64,000 nt of DNA from Camelus ferus (GCF_009834535.1 NC_045696.1:118546001-118610000); one strand, 5' to 3'; shown: positions 35,556 to 49,440, counted from the first letter of the stretch. Program-made: numbers and translations. Notes: generated from the letters alone by a model not told the origin.

Positions 35556-36759
35556 TGCTTCCTCTGGTTGGAAGCAAGAAGAGAGGGAGAAAGACAGACC
35601 AGGCCTTCCTGGGGCTCTGGATTGGGTCAGAGTCCCCCGGGGAGGAGGCTCTGGGCGGCAGGGTCCTCTGGGGAGGAAGACGTGGAGTGAACAAGGGAGC
35701 CCCAGCTCCTCCCTGCAGAGTCAGAGTTCCGTCAGCCCTACCGCGTGCCACCGCGATCTCCAGAATGAAGCTCGTCTGCAGAGTTACCTTTGTGGGAAAA
35801 TCTAGCACTTTGTCACCAGTATGTTTGCCTTCAAATGAACAGGCATCCTCGGAGTAGTCCATTTTGTTGTCAGCAGTTTCTATCTTCCCCCAAATCACCG
35901 TGCTGTGCAAAATCATGCATTAGAAACCACCAGACTCGTGGGGGAAATGGGATTGGGGAAACAACGTTCAAAAACTGCATCAGTGTCACGTAAAGTTGGA
36001 ACCTAGCAAAGGTGGCAGCTCGGTCTTGCACGTGTTAAAATGATTACAGAGTAAATAAATGCTACAATAAATATCGCCCCTGACCTTGAAAGAGACCGGA
36101 AGCTTGGTTGGGGCAGTGAATGTTGGAAAGTTTGCAGCCCGTGAGCTACCAGGGAGCAGTGGAAGGAGGATTCTCTGGAATCGGGCAGATCTGCGTCCTG
36201 GGTGCCACCCATTGGCACACACGGTGTGCGCTGAGGTCGCGGCCTGTGTGCGCAGTGTGCACGTGTCTGCGTTGTGTGTATTCCTGCGTGCCGGGTCCGG
36301 CTCCACGCGGTGCTCTGCATCCACCTCAGGTTTCTTGTGGATGCAGCTGTGTCTAAGCAAACATGGAGGTCACGCTACGCTCTGTTGTCCCCTAATCCAT
36401 CAGTCTTGTTGGAACAAATTCACATTATCAAAACAAGCATTATAACAGAACTGCCTCTACTCTGGGCCTGACCTGCAGCATCTGAATTCAGTTGGGCTGC
36501 GGAAATGAAGATAAAGATCATATAAGATTAATTTTTTGCTCTTGGTTGAGTCACCGAGTTCTCAGTACTCCGTTCAGTAACAATACCACATTAATCAGAA
36601 ATTTTAGCGTAAGTCCATTTTATTAATGGTCACATGCATCCATCCTGAGTATTGGTAACACCAGCCTTCTCACTGTGAGCATCTGACTCGATGTGTGGCT
36701 CCCCATCCAGGCTCCCTCTGTCTGGAACCAATCCTGCGGGTCTGAGGCACAGCCTGCCC

Positions 36760-37255
36760 TCAGAGTGCGCACCCTGTCCCGCCTCCTCCGGAGGGCCTCC
36801 CTCCAAACCCTGCCCAGCCCCCGTCAGGAACGCACAGCTGTCTCAGTGGCCTCAAACCTCGCATGGCGTCTCACACTGTGCTGTTTTGCTCCACTGTCTC
36901 TTCTGACCAAAGTGATTCGTGTGGCCGCAAAATTCCTAGAGTTCCTTCCAGGCCCTGCCCAGGCACCCCGTGTCCCGTGGAGCCTTCCCTGCCACCCTCT
37001 GGAAACTTCCAGCCCTTTGAGTCGATGGCTTTGGTGCTACTTGGACTGCAGATTCCAGGGTCCCTCCTCTAACCTTCGGAAGCAGCACCTTGAGATAGGG
37101 GGCGTGTCCTGGGTTATCTGCAAATGCGTCCTTTGCGTTCCCTGGGGAAGAACTGCTTGTGTTTCGTGGCAAGGCTGTTAGAGGCACTTGTCTCTAGCAC
37201 AGTGTCTCCTGTGCCGGACAGCGTGGCCCTCAGTGAGTGTGTAGGAGTGAATGAA
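36760..37255 (+). mobile_element. L2 3' fragment
   Basis: agggcctccctccaaaccctg… and the end ctctagcacagtgtctc…ccctcagtgagtgtgtaggagtgaatgaa. Confidence 0.5.
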
Positions 37256-39029
37256 GGCCGACAGGGGTTTCGTGTGCTGCGCAAGGATTTGGATGCAGCA
37301 GGCTTTCCTCAGGCCTGAAAACTCACCTCGTTTCCCAGTGGCATGCAGCAGCCACATATAAAAAATAGCAAGAGTTGTTGGGGTTTTTATAAATTAGTTT
37401 AAGGGATAAATCTTTTAAAGTGGGATAGGTATGTTTTAATAAATCAGGGAATTTAGAGAATTCTTTCTCACTTTTTTTTTTAATTTGAGGAGTCTCAGAA
37501 TTGGTCGTGTTTGTGTTCATCAGAGCCTTCCCAACACTTGGTTTCCTTTACCAGTTGTAACTTAAAGTACTTCTTAACCCAAGCTTGATCCCCAGCTTGG
37601 ATTGGCTGTAGGGCGCCATGTTTTGTCTGTCTCTAATGGGACATCATGGCGTCAGCGTAGAGATAGAGGTACAAGGATGGACAATTCACTCTCAGTCTGG
37701 GTCAGCCAGTGTGCAGACGCCTACTTTGGTGCCAGAAACAGCACGGGAAAGCGCGCAGGTGCTGGCTGGGCGGTTTCATCAGTTGGTCTGATCACATGGA
37801 AGTGGGGAGGGGAAAACCCTTGATAAATAAGGTAACATCTGTGCTAATTGATATGGTGAAGAGAGAACTGTTCTTCTGGTTTACAGATGACTGGTCAGGC
37901 TGCCTAATTTTAAAGCACAACATGAAGGTGATAACCTCAGAGTCCCAAAGATGAGGACCTTTCCCCACAAATGCCATTTAATGAGCCTGCCAAACACAAC
38001 CCCTTCTAAGAGAAGTCTTTTTTTTTTTTCCCGTTAAAATGTTCAGAAGACAGGCAATTGCCTTAACAACTACGCTTAACATTTTACACATTTTGAATTT
38101 TTAAAGGCTAGGAAATTCCTAAGACATACTGTATGCATGTGATTATTTATTTAAAGGAGCAGTAATGGGATTTTTGCAAGTAGTAAGGTTTGTAACTATG
38201 AAAGTAAGTTTTATTCTTCCTCTGGTGACACCTGTGTGAGGTTGTCCTAGGTGAAGATTTTAATTTCTGGTATTTTTATTTCAGGATTGTAAGTTTAATC
38301 TGTCTACTTCAGAATTTATAGTACATGATCTAGTCTTCTGTCACTGTTCCTATCTTTTCTGTTTACTGCATTTATTGGTTTTTTGTAAACAACCTCTAGA
38401 AAGGCAAAGTTAGATTAAAATATCCCACAGTGTTGAAATGGCATTAGGCATAAAACATGTTTCTAAATGCACAAAGTAATTAATAAATATTACTTACAAT
38501 TATTTTTAAAATAGCTTCAAAAACTCAGGGGAGAACTGAAATATCATAGATTATGGATATGTTCTACTATTTTCTTTTTATTTGATTTATGCTTGAAAAG
38601 CATCCTTTATTCTCTGATACTTCATACACAGCCTCTGATTTTTCAAAAGGTACAGAAGAGAGCATGCAGAACCCAGTAAAATCAATGTATATTTGGCTTT
38701 GAAAGAAGTGCTTGTGTTTATAGTAGAATAAATTGATACCCAATAATCTAAGAGTCAGTTCTGAATAGAATAATGAAGCCACTCTGGACAGAATGGACTG
38801 AGGGGGATTGGAAAGCTACCTTACAAGCCTGTCACCCTTCTTCCCTCCACCCTGCACCCTCCCTCGTCTTGAGAAGAGTCTTTTGGACTCTTACCAATAG
38901 GCATCTAACCATGCAAACATCTGTTAAAACTGCCTTAGAGCAGGGAAATGTTAAAGTGCTTCCCAGACGTCCCAGAGGGCTTGGAAGCTCTGTTCAGAAG
39001 AAACAAGGAGGGACAGGAGATGGTCATTT

Positions 39030-39180
39030 AAATCCTTGCCACTCAGAGTGTGGTCCATGGACCAAATGTGTACTCATCCCCTGGGAGCCTGTCAAATACG
39101 GAATCTCAGGCTCCACCTCAGACCTACTATGTTAGACCTTCTCCGGTAATTTTCGTGCTTATTAAGGATTGAGAAGAATT
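39030..39180. mobile_element. MER5A-like DNA transposon fragment
   Basis: actcagagtgtggtccatggacca…cctgggagcctgtcaaatacggaatctcaggctccacctcagacctact. Confidence 0.65.
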
Positions 39181-39324
39181 AGTCTAAGTAAGATTAATTG
39201 AATACCAAATCGGAAATGAGGTTGTCTATAGATAGAGCCAGCTTCAAACGTATCCTAATGTGAACATGTCCTCCGTGTGGGTGATGGGTAAACAGTGTAC
39301 TTTCCACGCGTGGACTCTGCTCTT

Positions 39325-39435
39325 AGGACATTTTACATGTATTAGCTCCTTTAATCCTCAGAAGGCTGGATGAGGTCAGTGCTATAATTATCTCCCGTTT
39401 TACAGATGAAAGAACTGAGGCATAGAGAGGCATGT
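39325..39435 (-). mobile_element. MIR
   Basis: Core: tttaatcctca…tatctcccgttttacagatgaaagaactgaggcatagagagg. Confidence 0.75.
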
Positions 39436-40064
39436 TTAACTCCCATCTACGAAAAGGAAAGTCACTAGTCATGACTGGACAGCAGGTAATCTCTGCCTTT
39501 TCAGGTAGAGGCAAAAGAATAGAATGGGGTAAGAAACCAAGATCTTTTTTTAACTTCCTCAATAAAAATGAGAGGCAGTTGAATAAGAGGAAATGTCTTT
39601 CTCTTAATTTTGTGAGCTTTACATGTTCTATTTTTAAAATATCACTTACAATCCGTAACCCATATGTCCCACCCACGGCAAGCATGTGATCTGAGTTAAT
39701 TATTTTAACCTGACAACACCTGACTTCAAAAGGCTATTTGGATCATTTCCGCATGTAAACCAATGACATGAATGTGGATTTAAGATATAATTGGTCAACT
39801 TGAGGGATATGCTTAAAGTCAAGCTGCAGTTTGGTGGAGAACATTTTTGCATGGAAACGTAAGTGTCTCCCTATCCTTGGCCTGGTGCCCTGCCCTCCCC
39901 TCCTCTTGTGCTGCTGCAGGGAACAGGTTGGGACCATCCCTGTGGGGACCAGCCAAGGCTGTGTGATCAGAGAGCCCAGCTGCCAGAAGCCTGGCTCCTG
40001 CCTCACCTGACCATGCTGTTTTTAGGACAGGCAATTTTTAACTTTTTAGGGAGACAATAGTCTC

Positions 40065-42480
40065 TTTTTTATTTTGATAAAAAATAGATATAACTTAAAA
40101 TTTACCATCTTAATCATTTTTAAGTGTAGAGTACAGTGGTATCAAATTCTTTCATAATGTTGGGTATCCATCTCCATAACTCTTTTATCCTGTAAATGTG
40201 AAACTCTAGACCCGTTAAACAATAACCTTCCACTTACCCCACCCTCCTTGCAGTAACCACCATTCTGCTGTCTGTGGTTATGATTTTGACTACTCCAAGC
40301 ATTTCATGTAAATGGTACTTTATCCAAATACCACACAGTATTTGTATTTTCTTGACTAGCTTATTTCACTTAGCATAATGTCCTCAATGTTCATTCATGT
40401 TGTAGCATGGGTCAGAATTTTCTTCTTTTTAAAGGCTGTATAATATTCCATTGTGTATATAGACCACATTTTGTTTATCCATCCATCCATCAGTGGATGC
40501 TTTGGTTGCTTCCACATCTTAGCTATTATGAATAATGCTCTTGTGAGCATGAGTGTATAAATATCTCTTTGAGACTCTGCTTTCAGTTATTTTGGGTATA
40601 TACCCAGAAGTGGAAATGCTAGATCATTCAGCAATTCCATTTTTAATTTTTGAGGAACATTCATGCTGTTTTCATATCAGCCTGTACCACTTTATGTTCC
40701 TGCTAACAGTGTACAAGTGTTCCAGTTTCTCCAGATTCTGACGAGCATTTGCTATTGTCTCTTTATGGTTTTGATTTGCATCCCCTAATGGTTACTGATG
40801 TTGAGCATCTTTTCATGTGCTTGTTGACCATTTGTATGTCTTCTTTGGAAAAATGTCTATTCAAATCCTTTGTCCATTTTTTAATCAGGCTGAATGTTTT
40901 TGTTGTTACTGAGTTTTAGGAGTTCTCTGTATATCCTGCATATTAAACCTTTATCATATATACGATTTGTTAATATTTTCTCTCATTCTGTGGGCTGCCA
41001 TTTTACTCTGTTGATTGTGTTTTTTGATGCACACTTTTTTTTTTAATTTTCATGAAGTCTAGTTTGTTTTTTCTTTTGTTGTCTGTACCTTTGGTGTCAT
41101 ATTTAAGAAATTACTGTCAAATTTAATGTCATGAAGCTTTTGCTCTATGTTTTCTTCTAAGAGTTTTATAGCTTTAGATCCTACATTTAGGTCTTTGATC
41201 CATTTTGAGTTAATTATGTAATATGTGTATGGTGAACGATAAGGTCCAACTTAATTCTTTTGCAAATGGATATCCAATTTTCTCAGCACCATTTATTGAA
41301 AATACTGTCCTTTCCCCCAGTGAATTTCTTGGAACTCTTCCAAAAATTATTTGACCCTATATGTGACCATTTATTTCTGGTTCTTTATTCTGTTCCATTG
41401 GTCAATATGTCTGTCTTTATGCCAGTACCACACTTTTTTGACTGTAACTTTGTAATAAGTTTTAAAATCAGGAAGTGTTAGTCCTCCACATTTGTTCTCC
41501 TTTAGGAGTATTTTGACTATTCAGATTCCATATGAGATTCCATATGAATTTTAGGATAAACTTTTCTATTTCTGCAAAAATGTCACTGGGATTTTGATAG
41601 AAACTACATGGAACCTGTAGGTCGTTTTGGATAGTACTGACATACTAACAATGTTAAGTCTTCCAATCCATGACCATGGAATTATTTCATTTATCTCTCT
41701 TCTTTAATTTCTTTCAGCAATGTTTATGATTTTCTACATATACTATTATATCATTTAAAAATAGAGATAATTTAATTTCTTCCTTTCCAATTTGAATTTT
41801 TTTTTATATCTCTTTCTCACCTAAATCACAAACAGAAGTTGTGAAAAGTGGAACATCTTTTTTTTCTATTCCTGATCTTAGAGGAAAAGCTTTCAGTGTT
41901 TTACAAATGAGTATGATGTTCGCTGTGGTTTTGTTCATGTATGATTTTTATTATGTTGAGGTGCTTTCCTTCTATTGCTTCTATTTCCTTCTATTCATGG
42001 TTTATCATGAAAGGGTGTCATGAAAGTTTAATTTTTTTAAATGCTTTCTCTGCACCAACTGAGATGATCATTTTTTTTCTCATTTTGTTAATGTGATGTT
42101 GTTCACACTTTTATATGTTGAACCATCCTTGCATTCTAGGAATAAATACCAGTATAGTTTTTCAATATGCTGTTGAATTTGCTTTGTTAGTATTCTGATG
42201 AGGGTTTTTACATCACTGTTCATACGAGAAATTGGACTATAATTTTCTTTTCTTGCAGTGTCTTTGTCTAGCTTTGGTATCAGGGTGATATTGGCCTCAT
42301 AGAATGAGTTGGTCAGTGTTCCCTCATCTTCAGTTTTTTAAAAAAGTTTGTGAAGGATTGGTATTAGTTCTTCCCTAAAAGTTTGCTAGAATAGTTACAT
42401 AAGATGATTTTGCTAGTGCAGTTATTGTGCAGGTGGGAAGACAGATTTCTAGTGGTTCCTACTCCATCATCTAACCCAGA
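40065..42480 (-). mobile_element. Old L1 (L1MB-like), antisense, with internal deletions
   Basis: 3' end aaaatttaccatcttaatcatttttaagtgta…; continuous antisense ORF2-like text to about 42385; a short 5'-like piece at about 42400-42480. Confidence 0.88.
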
Positions 42481-43789
42481 GCTGTATTCTTTAATGAACT
42501 TGTTTCATTCAGCCTACTGGAGGAAACTGAAGTATGAAAATTCATATAAAGTGCTGTCAAGTTTAGGTTTTAGTGCCATTCTAGGTGACAGCAAGCAGGA
42601 AGGAGCATCACCATTGCAGCCTGGCATGGGGCAGAGGGGAAGGCCTCAGTGGCTGTTGTGAAAACGCCGTCCTGGGAGGACACCCCTGGTATCCCCAGGT
42701 GGCATGCGTCTCGGTGGTGGGACCAGCACTCCTCAGTGCCTGAGAAACAAGGAAGCCTGCTTGGATAAGTTCTGCTACCAGCTAGCCACTACCCGTATCA
42801 AAGTTTATTTGTAAAAATAAGGGGTTGAAATAAATTATCTCTAAAGGAAATGCCAGCACTGAAATTATATGATTTGCTAAACACCTTAAGTTTTAAATTC
42901 CAGTTCAAAATTTCTAAAGGCCTTTTTCCTTCACATTTAACATGTTTGTTTACATCCTGTCTGAAAATAGGAACTCTTTTATTTACTGGGGAATTTGAAA
43001 CTATCTTTATTTTCTGAAGTATCTTGAAGAATCCCATTCTTTCTGGGCAACCCACGAAGAATAGCATCCTTTGATGTTCCCACGTTAAGTGCATAGAAAG
43101 AAGCCGTTGCCCTGAAAGTACTGCTCAGGGTTCGGCCATTGGACAAGATATTGTAATTATTTACTTTTTGCAAGTTATTTCATTTAATTCCTCATACTGT
43201 TTAGCGTTGTTTAGAGAACAGATTTGTGTAGACTACAGTGTAGCTTAAAGTTTGATTTGGAATCAACTTTGGTGATCTAAAAATAATAAATACCTACTTT
43301 TTTACCTTGGTAATCACCTTTTAATTTTCTTCAAGTTTCCTCTCTATTATGTTACTGATTTCATTATTACAAAAATATGATCTGATTTCATTGTAGCAAA
43401 TCCAGAAAAAATAATAGAGGAAATGACCTATAATCTCACCTTTTGAAGAACAACCAATATAAACAGTTTACTGAATGTCTTTCCTTTTTCCCCCCCAAAA
43501 CAGAATCAGAACCTTTGAACAGAATCTTTACCTACTGCTTTTCCAATCAGTATGTGATATGTTTTTATTAAATGTTTTCCTCTGAGAACGTTTGATTTCA
43601 GGTTGTGGATACTCTGTGCATCAGTGTACCACGAGTTACCCAAGTCTCCTGCCATTAGACGTTTAGGATTTGTGTGGAATATGTGTGTGCCTGTTGCCAT
43701 CAAGAGGATGAGGAATTTCCTGGGATTTGTTTTGCATGTGTCCATAATTGCTTGGAATGTTTCTAGAACTATATTCATAATTTGGAGGT

Positions 43790-43960
43790 AATAAAATGAA
43801 CATTTATTGAGTGCCAAGCCCTTCAGCTGGACTATCTGGGGTAATTCAGTCCTCCAACAATCTGCTGAGATGGGAATTATCATCATCCCCATTTTACAGA
43901 TAGAAAACTGAGGCTCAGCCAGTTCTGCTCTCTGGTCGAGGTCCCAGAGACAGTCCGTGC
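43790..43960 (-). mobile_element. MIR (preceded by an L1ME-like fragment at about 43350-43780)
   Basis: aacatttattgagtgcc…catccccattttacagatagaaaactgaggctcag. Confidence 0.8.
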
Positions 43961-44007
43961 GGATGTGAGACACACTCATCTGGGGCTTGTGACCATGATC
44001 CAGCTGG

Positions 44008-44058
44008 CCCCCAGCAGGGCTGACCCCCCAGCAGGGCTGACCCCCCCAACAGGGCTGC
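44008..44058 (+). repeat. Three-copy 16-18 bp tandem repeat C(5,6,7)AGCAGGGCTGA
   Basis: Units 44008-44023, 44024-44040 and 44041-44058 read directly. Confidence 0.85.
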
Positions 44059-44181
44059 CCTGGGTCACACACCCAGACCACTTAATTTTATGCTCCTGAA
44101 AAGTCTTCCACGTGCTCCATGTTTTTCCGGTGGTGTCTTCCTCTGCTGATGCCGTCTGCTCTAGCTGGGTTCCATCCACGC

Positions 44182-44221
<40 letters not shown>
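44182..44221 (+). repeat. (TG)11(TA)2(TG)7 microsatellite
   Basis: Counted directly. Confidence 0.95.
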
Positions 44222-44864
44222 GAGTTGTGCCCTTGTGTAACCCTGGCTTCCTCAGAACATCCATGGCCATCCCACTTTTTCTCCTAAGACTTTCCGTTTC
44301 TGTCACTTCCCACTTCTTGTTCACCATCTGCTTGACAGAGACGGGGCATCTCTCCTGTCGTCTGCTGGCTACATTTGGCCTGTCCCTGCCACCTGCCCGT
44401 CAGTGTCAGATCCTTGTCTGTGTCTCTGTGATCTGAGGACCCCTGCTCAGAGGTGAAGCAGAACGCGGCCCTGGTGCCTTCCTGCCCCACTTTTCACCAA
44501 ACCAAGCCGCTGGGGTTTCCATTTGTCCGTCCAGGGACAAGGACCCTGCCGCGGACCCTGGGGAATCATTATGAGGGGGCGCATGTTAGGGCAGTGACCA
44601 CAGCATCAGCACGTCAGAGCCCAGCCCCCAAAACATCATCTTCTAAAGTGAAGACATAGTAGGGATGAAGGTGAGCAGAGGGGAGAACCTTGCTGCCACT
44701 CACCACACACCACCTCCACTCCGTGACCAGCTCTCTGCCCGTGCCTTTCACTTTTCTGAGTCCACGCCTTTGTTTACTGGGTCCCTGCCTCCGAAAACAT
44801 CTCATTCCTCACTTCCTCTGAACCAATTTCTGTTTCCTCAAGACCCATCAAAAATGCTGCCTCT

Positions 44865-44956
44865 CGGAGGGAAGAGTGTAGCTCAGTGGTAGAGCACCTG
44901 TTTAGCATGCACGAGGTCCCAGCTTCCATCCCCAGGACCTCCATTAATTAATAGAT
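44865..44956 (+). mobile_element. tRNA-Ala-derived camelid SINE, short form
   Basis: Head gtgtagctcagtggtagagcac…cctccatt; perfect TSD AATGCTGCCTCT (44853-44864 / 44957-44968). Confidence 0.92.
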
Positions 44957-46179
44957 AATGCTGCCTCTTCCAGAAAGTCTGCCTTCATTCCCACCTCTAT
45001 GAATTGGAAGCCGTCTGCCCTCCTTGTGAAGGTTCTTTCCTGTCTTCTGCAAAACTTAACCTCCCACCTCTCTGGGCTTCATGTATATGTCTTACCTCCT
45101 AGACATGCAGAGGTCAGAATACACATTTGTTGATTTCCCACAAGGCCTAACACAATGCTGATAAATATATTTGGTGAATAAATTAATGAAAAAATGAATA
45201 AACAATAAACTGCAAAAGCTCGTCATGTTACTAACCAAAAAACAGCATAAGAATGTGGAAACCTTTAACAAAATTAATACATAAAATCCATGTATTATAA
45301 AACAATTTAAGCAATTGAGATGTATGCTATTTCAGTGGAAGGATAATAACACATCAACTGTTTGGGGGTAAATGATGGTAGTAACACCACTGTTTAAAAA
45401 GCAAATCTGAAAAACATTTCTCCAGAGACAATCAAAACAAAAATTATTCCACAAACGAAACAGAACACAGGCAGTCAGGCCTGAATGTTTTTAAAGGCAA
45501 ACAATTCAGTAAGCAGTTGGGGGTTAGGACTTAACATTGTAAATAGTGGATTTCTCTTAAAGGAAAAGGAGAGATGGAAGTGATACATTGGAAGGGCCTG
45601 GTAATTTAGCATGAAAACATACATACACAGGGAAATGGGAACAGTGGGCCACGTGACTTGGACTCTCAAAGAGCTGTCTCAGACTTGGCCTACCCCTCCA
45701 GAGAATGTGGCGTACAGAGAAGGAGACCACGCTTCAAGTAGGAGATAATGAGAGCTCTACCTCATAGGTCTGTTGTGAGGATTAAATGAGTTGATGTGTG
45801 CAAAGCTCAGTGTCGTGCGTATTATAATTGCCGTACAAGGGTTAGATGCCAGCTGTTTTGCTGTTCCGAGGGGATGACCCCCATCCTGTGGTCCTCCCCT
45901 CCGGGGCTGCCAGGCACTGTTGAGGTGTGGTGCACACAGAAGTCTGCACGTGGCCCTGCTTCATAATCCCCCATCTGTTTCTTGCCTTGTACGTCAGTTT
46001 GCTGTCCAGAACTTAAGACAGTGCTGGGCACCCCCGCCCTAATTAATCTTCCTGGGCTAAACCCCCTAAAGGTTTTTAAACCAGAAACCAGTGTTTTCCA
46101 AGAGTGACTCAGAAAACTCTGTATTTAAAATCTACTTCACTGTTTTGACCTAATTAAAAAAACTTTTTAAAGAAAAAGC

Positions 46180-46360
46180 AGTTGCCTTTGTTGAGTACCA
46201 GCTCCGTGCCAGACACTCTCCATGTGTTACCATTTTGTCCTCCCACCAGTGCTGCCAAGTGAGGGTGAGGGCGGACCAAGAAATTAAGGAACTTGTTCAA
46301 GAGGATGCCGCTCCTAACTGGTAGAAAGAGGATTTGAACCCAGCTTTGTCTACCCCGAAT
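46180..46360 (-). mobile_element. MIR-like fragment
   Basis: tttgttgagtaccagctccgtgccagacact…aattaaggaacttgttcaag…ggatttgaacccag. Confidence 0.6.
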
Positions 46361-47981
46361 TCCATCCTGTTCCATCACTGTACTCCCTCCAGCCCTGGGA
46401 GGCAGACCATGGATGCAGAAGTAAATCTAATAAGCATTTCTCTTCACATCTTATTTATACATAAAAATGACACTAACTGGTTGTTTTCACAAAATCTCAA
46501 GGCGATTAGCCAAGCATTTGTTTTTGATTAGGGAGGACCAACTTAATGAAAACAAATGACTAAAGCTGTCAATGTTTGAAGCACGTTAGCTGGGAGACAT
46601 ATGGAGCAGGAGAAGCTGAGCTAGAAATGTGAAGGCGAGTCCCACAACTGTGGAAGCTTGTTCTTGGCTTTTTCTTTTATCTGTAATTATATAAAAGAGC
46701 GAAGAGTAAATGACAAGCCGCCCTTTTGCCTCCAAGTGATTCTATTCCTATTTATAAAGTCTGAGTGGTCGTTGAAGGGTTTAGGAACGTTTTAAGATGA
46801 AGCAGACCCCAGGGAGAGAATACACTGGACTTCAAACTTCCTAAACGAAAGAAGTTCTTGGGCCCTTCAACCTGTTTCAGCCAGAATGCTCCTCTTATCT
46901 CGTAATTGGGCTCTTGTGCAAGCTTTCCTTTGAAAGAAAGGTTTAAATGAGTGAACTGCCATTTTCTACTGTGTTGATGCCATTTGTGTGGAGGTTTCCT
47001 CAGGATTTAGGCAGGCAAGATGCTCCTCGCTTGCCACCAGAACCCTAGGCCAGGTTGCACACTTGGAAGACTGTTTTATGCTCACCTGGCAGGTGCTCTG
47101 GGCTGCTGTGCTCTTGGGTCCGCCCTGTATGCTTGTGCAGGTTGTGCACTGCACAGGTTGGGAAGTGTCAGTTGCATCACGTTTTCTTTACAGTAATGTT
47201 CCTACTAGCACAGCGAAGTGTTTTGAGGAAGAGACCCCTTTGAGCTGCATACTCCCCTCCAGCCGTCCGACACCTCAGCACCCGCAGCGGGCCTGTGTCC
47301 TCTAAAGGGTCTTCTCTCAAGCTCTTCTTCCCTCCCTGCCTTTAAAAAGAAAACAAACTGAATAAAATAAATCCATTTAGGTAGGAATGATGGCTGGAGA
47401 TGAAAGCTTCCAAGGGCTTTTGAATCTTACAAGAAGTGATTGCTTAATCCAGATTAAACTACATGGAGTAAATAGAGATGATGCTTTTAAGCCAGGAGGT
47501 AGGACAGTCCTAGGTCCTTGGGCCATTCTGGGCTGTCAGCACCCCAGCTGGTAGCCAAGTGCAGGGACAAACTCTGGCCACGCTGGGTCCCCTTCTTTCA
47601 GAAGACTGCCAGGCTCTGGCTTCAGTACAGGTCTAGACTCAGCCAGTTTGTAACATGTTGAAAAGGTGACTTGTTCAGTAGAAGGGACAGGAGGTAGGAC
47701 CAGGATTATCAGAGCGATTATTCTTATCTCATTATAAGACTTTCATATCTTCTGCCTCAAACTCTAGTCAGTGATATAACCCTCCTATTCCAACTACAAG
47801 CTTGTAAGCTCCTTGGGAGCAAAGTGTCTGACTTACGCCTTCTCCAGAGCAAGCTGAAGTTAGCCCCAGGCTGGGTGGAGGGCTACTTAAGGTTACATGA
47901 CTTGTTAATGGCAGGACTGGAAATAGAACTCAGATTTCCTCATGCCATATACCAGTCCAGCGTTTTCTCCATTCCACCACT

Positions 47982-48497
47982 GTGTCGGGTATCTGTTGCT
48001 GTGTAACAAACCACCCCCAAACCCCACCCCTCAGAACGACATTGTTGCTGCTCATAGGTTTGTAGGTCAGGCCTTTGAACGAGGTTTGGTTGGGCTGCCC
48101 TTCTGTTCCACAGGATGCTGACTGGATCACCCATGGGGTGGTTTCAGGTGAGTTGGGCTGAAAGGTCCAGGGAGATGTCATTCACATGTCTAGAACCTCG
48201 TTGCTTCTCCTGTGGCCCCTCTCTCTCCACATTTCTCTGCTCCCTGTCAGTGTTCTAGCCTGAGCATCTTTACAACATGGTAGCTAGCTTCCTGTAGGGA
48301 AAGCAGAAGTTGGAAGGCCTCTTACATTAGCCCCCGGTTGGCACAGTGTGACTTCTGCTGCATTCTCTGGATCAAGGCAAGTATTAGGCCTGCCCGGATT
48401 CAAGAGGAGGGAAACAGACAATACCTCGCGAAGAGTGGAACCACAGGCACGCTGATGGGAAAGAGTTGATGGTGGCCATCTTTGGAGACTGACCACA
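47982..48497 (-). mobile_element. MaLR solo LTR (MLT1F/G/H-like)
   Basis: tatctgttgctgtgtaacaaaccaccccaaa…catggtagctagcttcc…gtgacttctgctgcattct…ggccatctttgga…accaca. Confidence 0.75.
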
Positions 48498-49303
48498 ACC
48501 ACTGATAACCAACGGATGTAGCCTTCTTTCTCTGCTTCCCGTAGGGCCCTGGTAGAACAGGGAAATTCAAGATTGTGCAGAAACAAAGGCGAAAAGGAGA
48601 AGAAAAATGCCCCGAAACACCCCATCCTTTTCCACCTTCAAGCCCAGCCAAAGAGTAGGAGGGTGGCCCACCTACCTGAGGCCCCAGTAATGCATCCTGG
48701 GCTGAGCTGCTCCTGGCTGTGTTTGTCTTTATTTGAGATCGGAGGAGAGGCTGCTGAACCCTGTGGGATATGTGAAGTTCACGGTTTCTGCTTGTGTAAT
48801 CCTACAGAGGGCATTTCACAGTCATTTGTTTTTAGAGCTACTGCTGGGTCTGTTTTCTGCATCAAGCATTTAAATGCATATTCCAAAGGGCTCATTCTCC
48901 AGGCAGCCGTTAAAAATGATACTTTTCAGCGCTGCATATGTGTACTGCTAAAATATGGTACACCCACGAGGAACCTTTTCAACCATTAATTTCCATGTAT
49001 GTGTCAGATTATCTCAATCTCTGAGAAAAAGCATATCTTGGTAGGTTTCTGTTCCCTTTTAATGACACAGGGGATTCTTATGTAAAGGGAGCAGCATCTA
49101 AGATTGGAAGAGCAATTTTATAGCCTAGCCAGCTTTGGCAACCTCCTTTCATTGTATTCCAACTAACTTGGTTTAAAATATCCTACACAATGAAGATTAG
49201 TCTCTTTCTCTGCGAAAAACTCCCTTCATCTTGTAAATTTCCTTGGGAAATTTTTGTGTGTGTATTACTTTCTTCCTTCAAAAACACCAAAAAACAAAAA
49301 AAC

Positions 49304-49440
49304 GGGGAAGGTAAAGCTCAGTGGTAGAGCGCATGCTTAGCGTACACAGTTCCTGGGTTCTATCCCCAGTACCTCCATTAAATAAATTTATGAGTAAATA
49401 AGTAAACCTAATTACCCCCCCCAGAACAAACAAACAAAAG
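49304..49440 (+). mobile_element. tRNA-Ala-derived camelid SINE with tail
   Basis: ggggaaggtaaagctcagtggtagagcgcatgcttagc… followed by aaacctaattacccccccc. Confidence 0.92.
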
